From Lama glama (lineage: Eukaryota), in contig CM052817.1 of NCBI GenBank assembly GCA_028534125.1, positions 93,932,001 through 93,996,000 on the forward strand: DNA of 64,000 nucleotides, written 5' to 3'. Shown here piece after piece: positions 63,030 through 64,000 of the stretch. Positions within the stretch are counted from its first letter, which is position 1, and each line of letters opens with the position of its first letter. The notes beneath the pieces are model-generated. The model saw only the letters and a list, made by a program, of their open reading frames with translations. It was not told where the DNA came from and did not search any database. Both the position numbers and the translations under genes were made by a program.

Positions 63030-63369
63030 CCTTCACACTTTTACTACCGACTTTTTATAACCTAGCTGTATTTCAAGAATATGAATAAACTTGGCAACAG
63101 ATCTTTATTTAGCATTTTCTGTACACTAAAGATACAGTGGGTTCAGAATGAGAGAGATACATCTTACTGAAATGCCAGGGCTTGTCCCCTGAAAACAGCC
63201 GATTTTCTAAAATGGAGACAGTGACTTGGAGAGCTAAACTAATCAATTAGGGAAAGTCCATGCTGACAAGAACACACTCATATTTTTCAAAGCAAGTCAG
63301 CTATAGTTACTTTGAGCAGCACTGGAGAAGATCCTACCCAATAAAAAATGAGACCTTAAATCAGGAATC

Positions 63370-63565
63370 CTGGGATCCTTGGTAGAGTGGAAAGAACTGG
63401 CAATCAAATTCTCTGGCTTTGCCCTTATTTCACAATTAACTGTGTTACCTCAGGCAGTCTCTTAAACCCTCTGAGTCTTTTTACTCAGTTATATAAAACA
63501 GAAAAAAATACTGATCTGATTGACTCAAAGGTCTTTGTTAACTTTGAATTTCTATGACTAGGAGG
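63370..63565 (+). mobile_element. MIR
   Basis: 'ggtagagtggaaagaactgg...ctgtgttacctcaggcagtctcttaaaccctctgagtc'. Confidence 0.7.
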
Positions 63566-63639
63566 TAGTTCTGGCACTCCAACAGTTGATAAAGCAACTG
63601 GAGTAATTTATAACATCATCATAATTCACGTATGGCAAG

Positions 63640-63960
63640 CTCTCACATCCTGTATTCGTATATTTAACAAAGATGTTACATGTCTACCATATGTGAGGTT
63701 AGATTCAGAGAATGCAAAGTAAGACCCTGCTCTTGAGAAGATCATAGTTTAAGTTACATAAACCAAACAAATAGTTCAAAATATGCCATACATGCTATAC
63801 TAGGGTGCTATACTAGTTGCTATAATAACAAAGGGAAAGCAACTAACTCTTGGTGAAAGGTGAGGATGGTCAGAGGGTCCTTTGAAGGATATCATGTTTG
63901 AGATGAGCCTGGAGTCCTCCTGAGTGATCAGAATTCTCCATCCAGAGAGAGAACTTCTAT
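63640..63960 (-). mobile_element. L2 3' end
   Basis: 'atttaacaaagatgttacatgtctaccatatgtg...agaccctgctcttgagaag...tttgagatgagcctggag'. Confidence 0.7.
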
Positions 63961-64000
63961 TTATGGCCCATCAGGGCTGGTTATACAGCAGTTATAGATG

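Overview
AT-rich mammalian genomic DNA. It is most likely a camelid or other artiodactyl, inferred from the sequence of the young L1 3' ends and the absence of recognisable Alu, B1, Bov-tA, CHR or PRE SINEs. The window is intergenic or deep-intronic: I find no protein-coding gene, tRNA or rRNA that I can support. The listed ORFs are L1 ORF2 remnants or chance frames in repeats or AT-rich DNA. More than half of the window is interspersed repeat: old and young L1, HAL1, L2, MIR, MaLR (MLT1) LTRs, a MER21-like LTR, four ERV1-type solo LTRs with 4-bp TSDs (one MER41-like), possible Gypsy-type LTR relics and MER5. There are two assembly gaps (100 N and 500 N). Repeat family names are by-eye recognition and need RepeatMasker/Dfam confirmation. 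The most interesting signals are a young L1 in which ORF1 plus spacer is joined directly to the ORF2 C-terminus (possible non-autonomous or spliced derivative), two candidate L1 3' transductions, a young TSD-flanked L1 hidden in an undersized gap, a MER41-like LTR with altered STAT motifs, and a CpG-retaining unique block at about 34-35 kb. I see no convincing evidence of a wholly new biological system.
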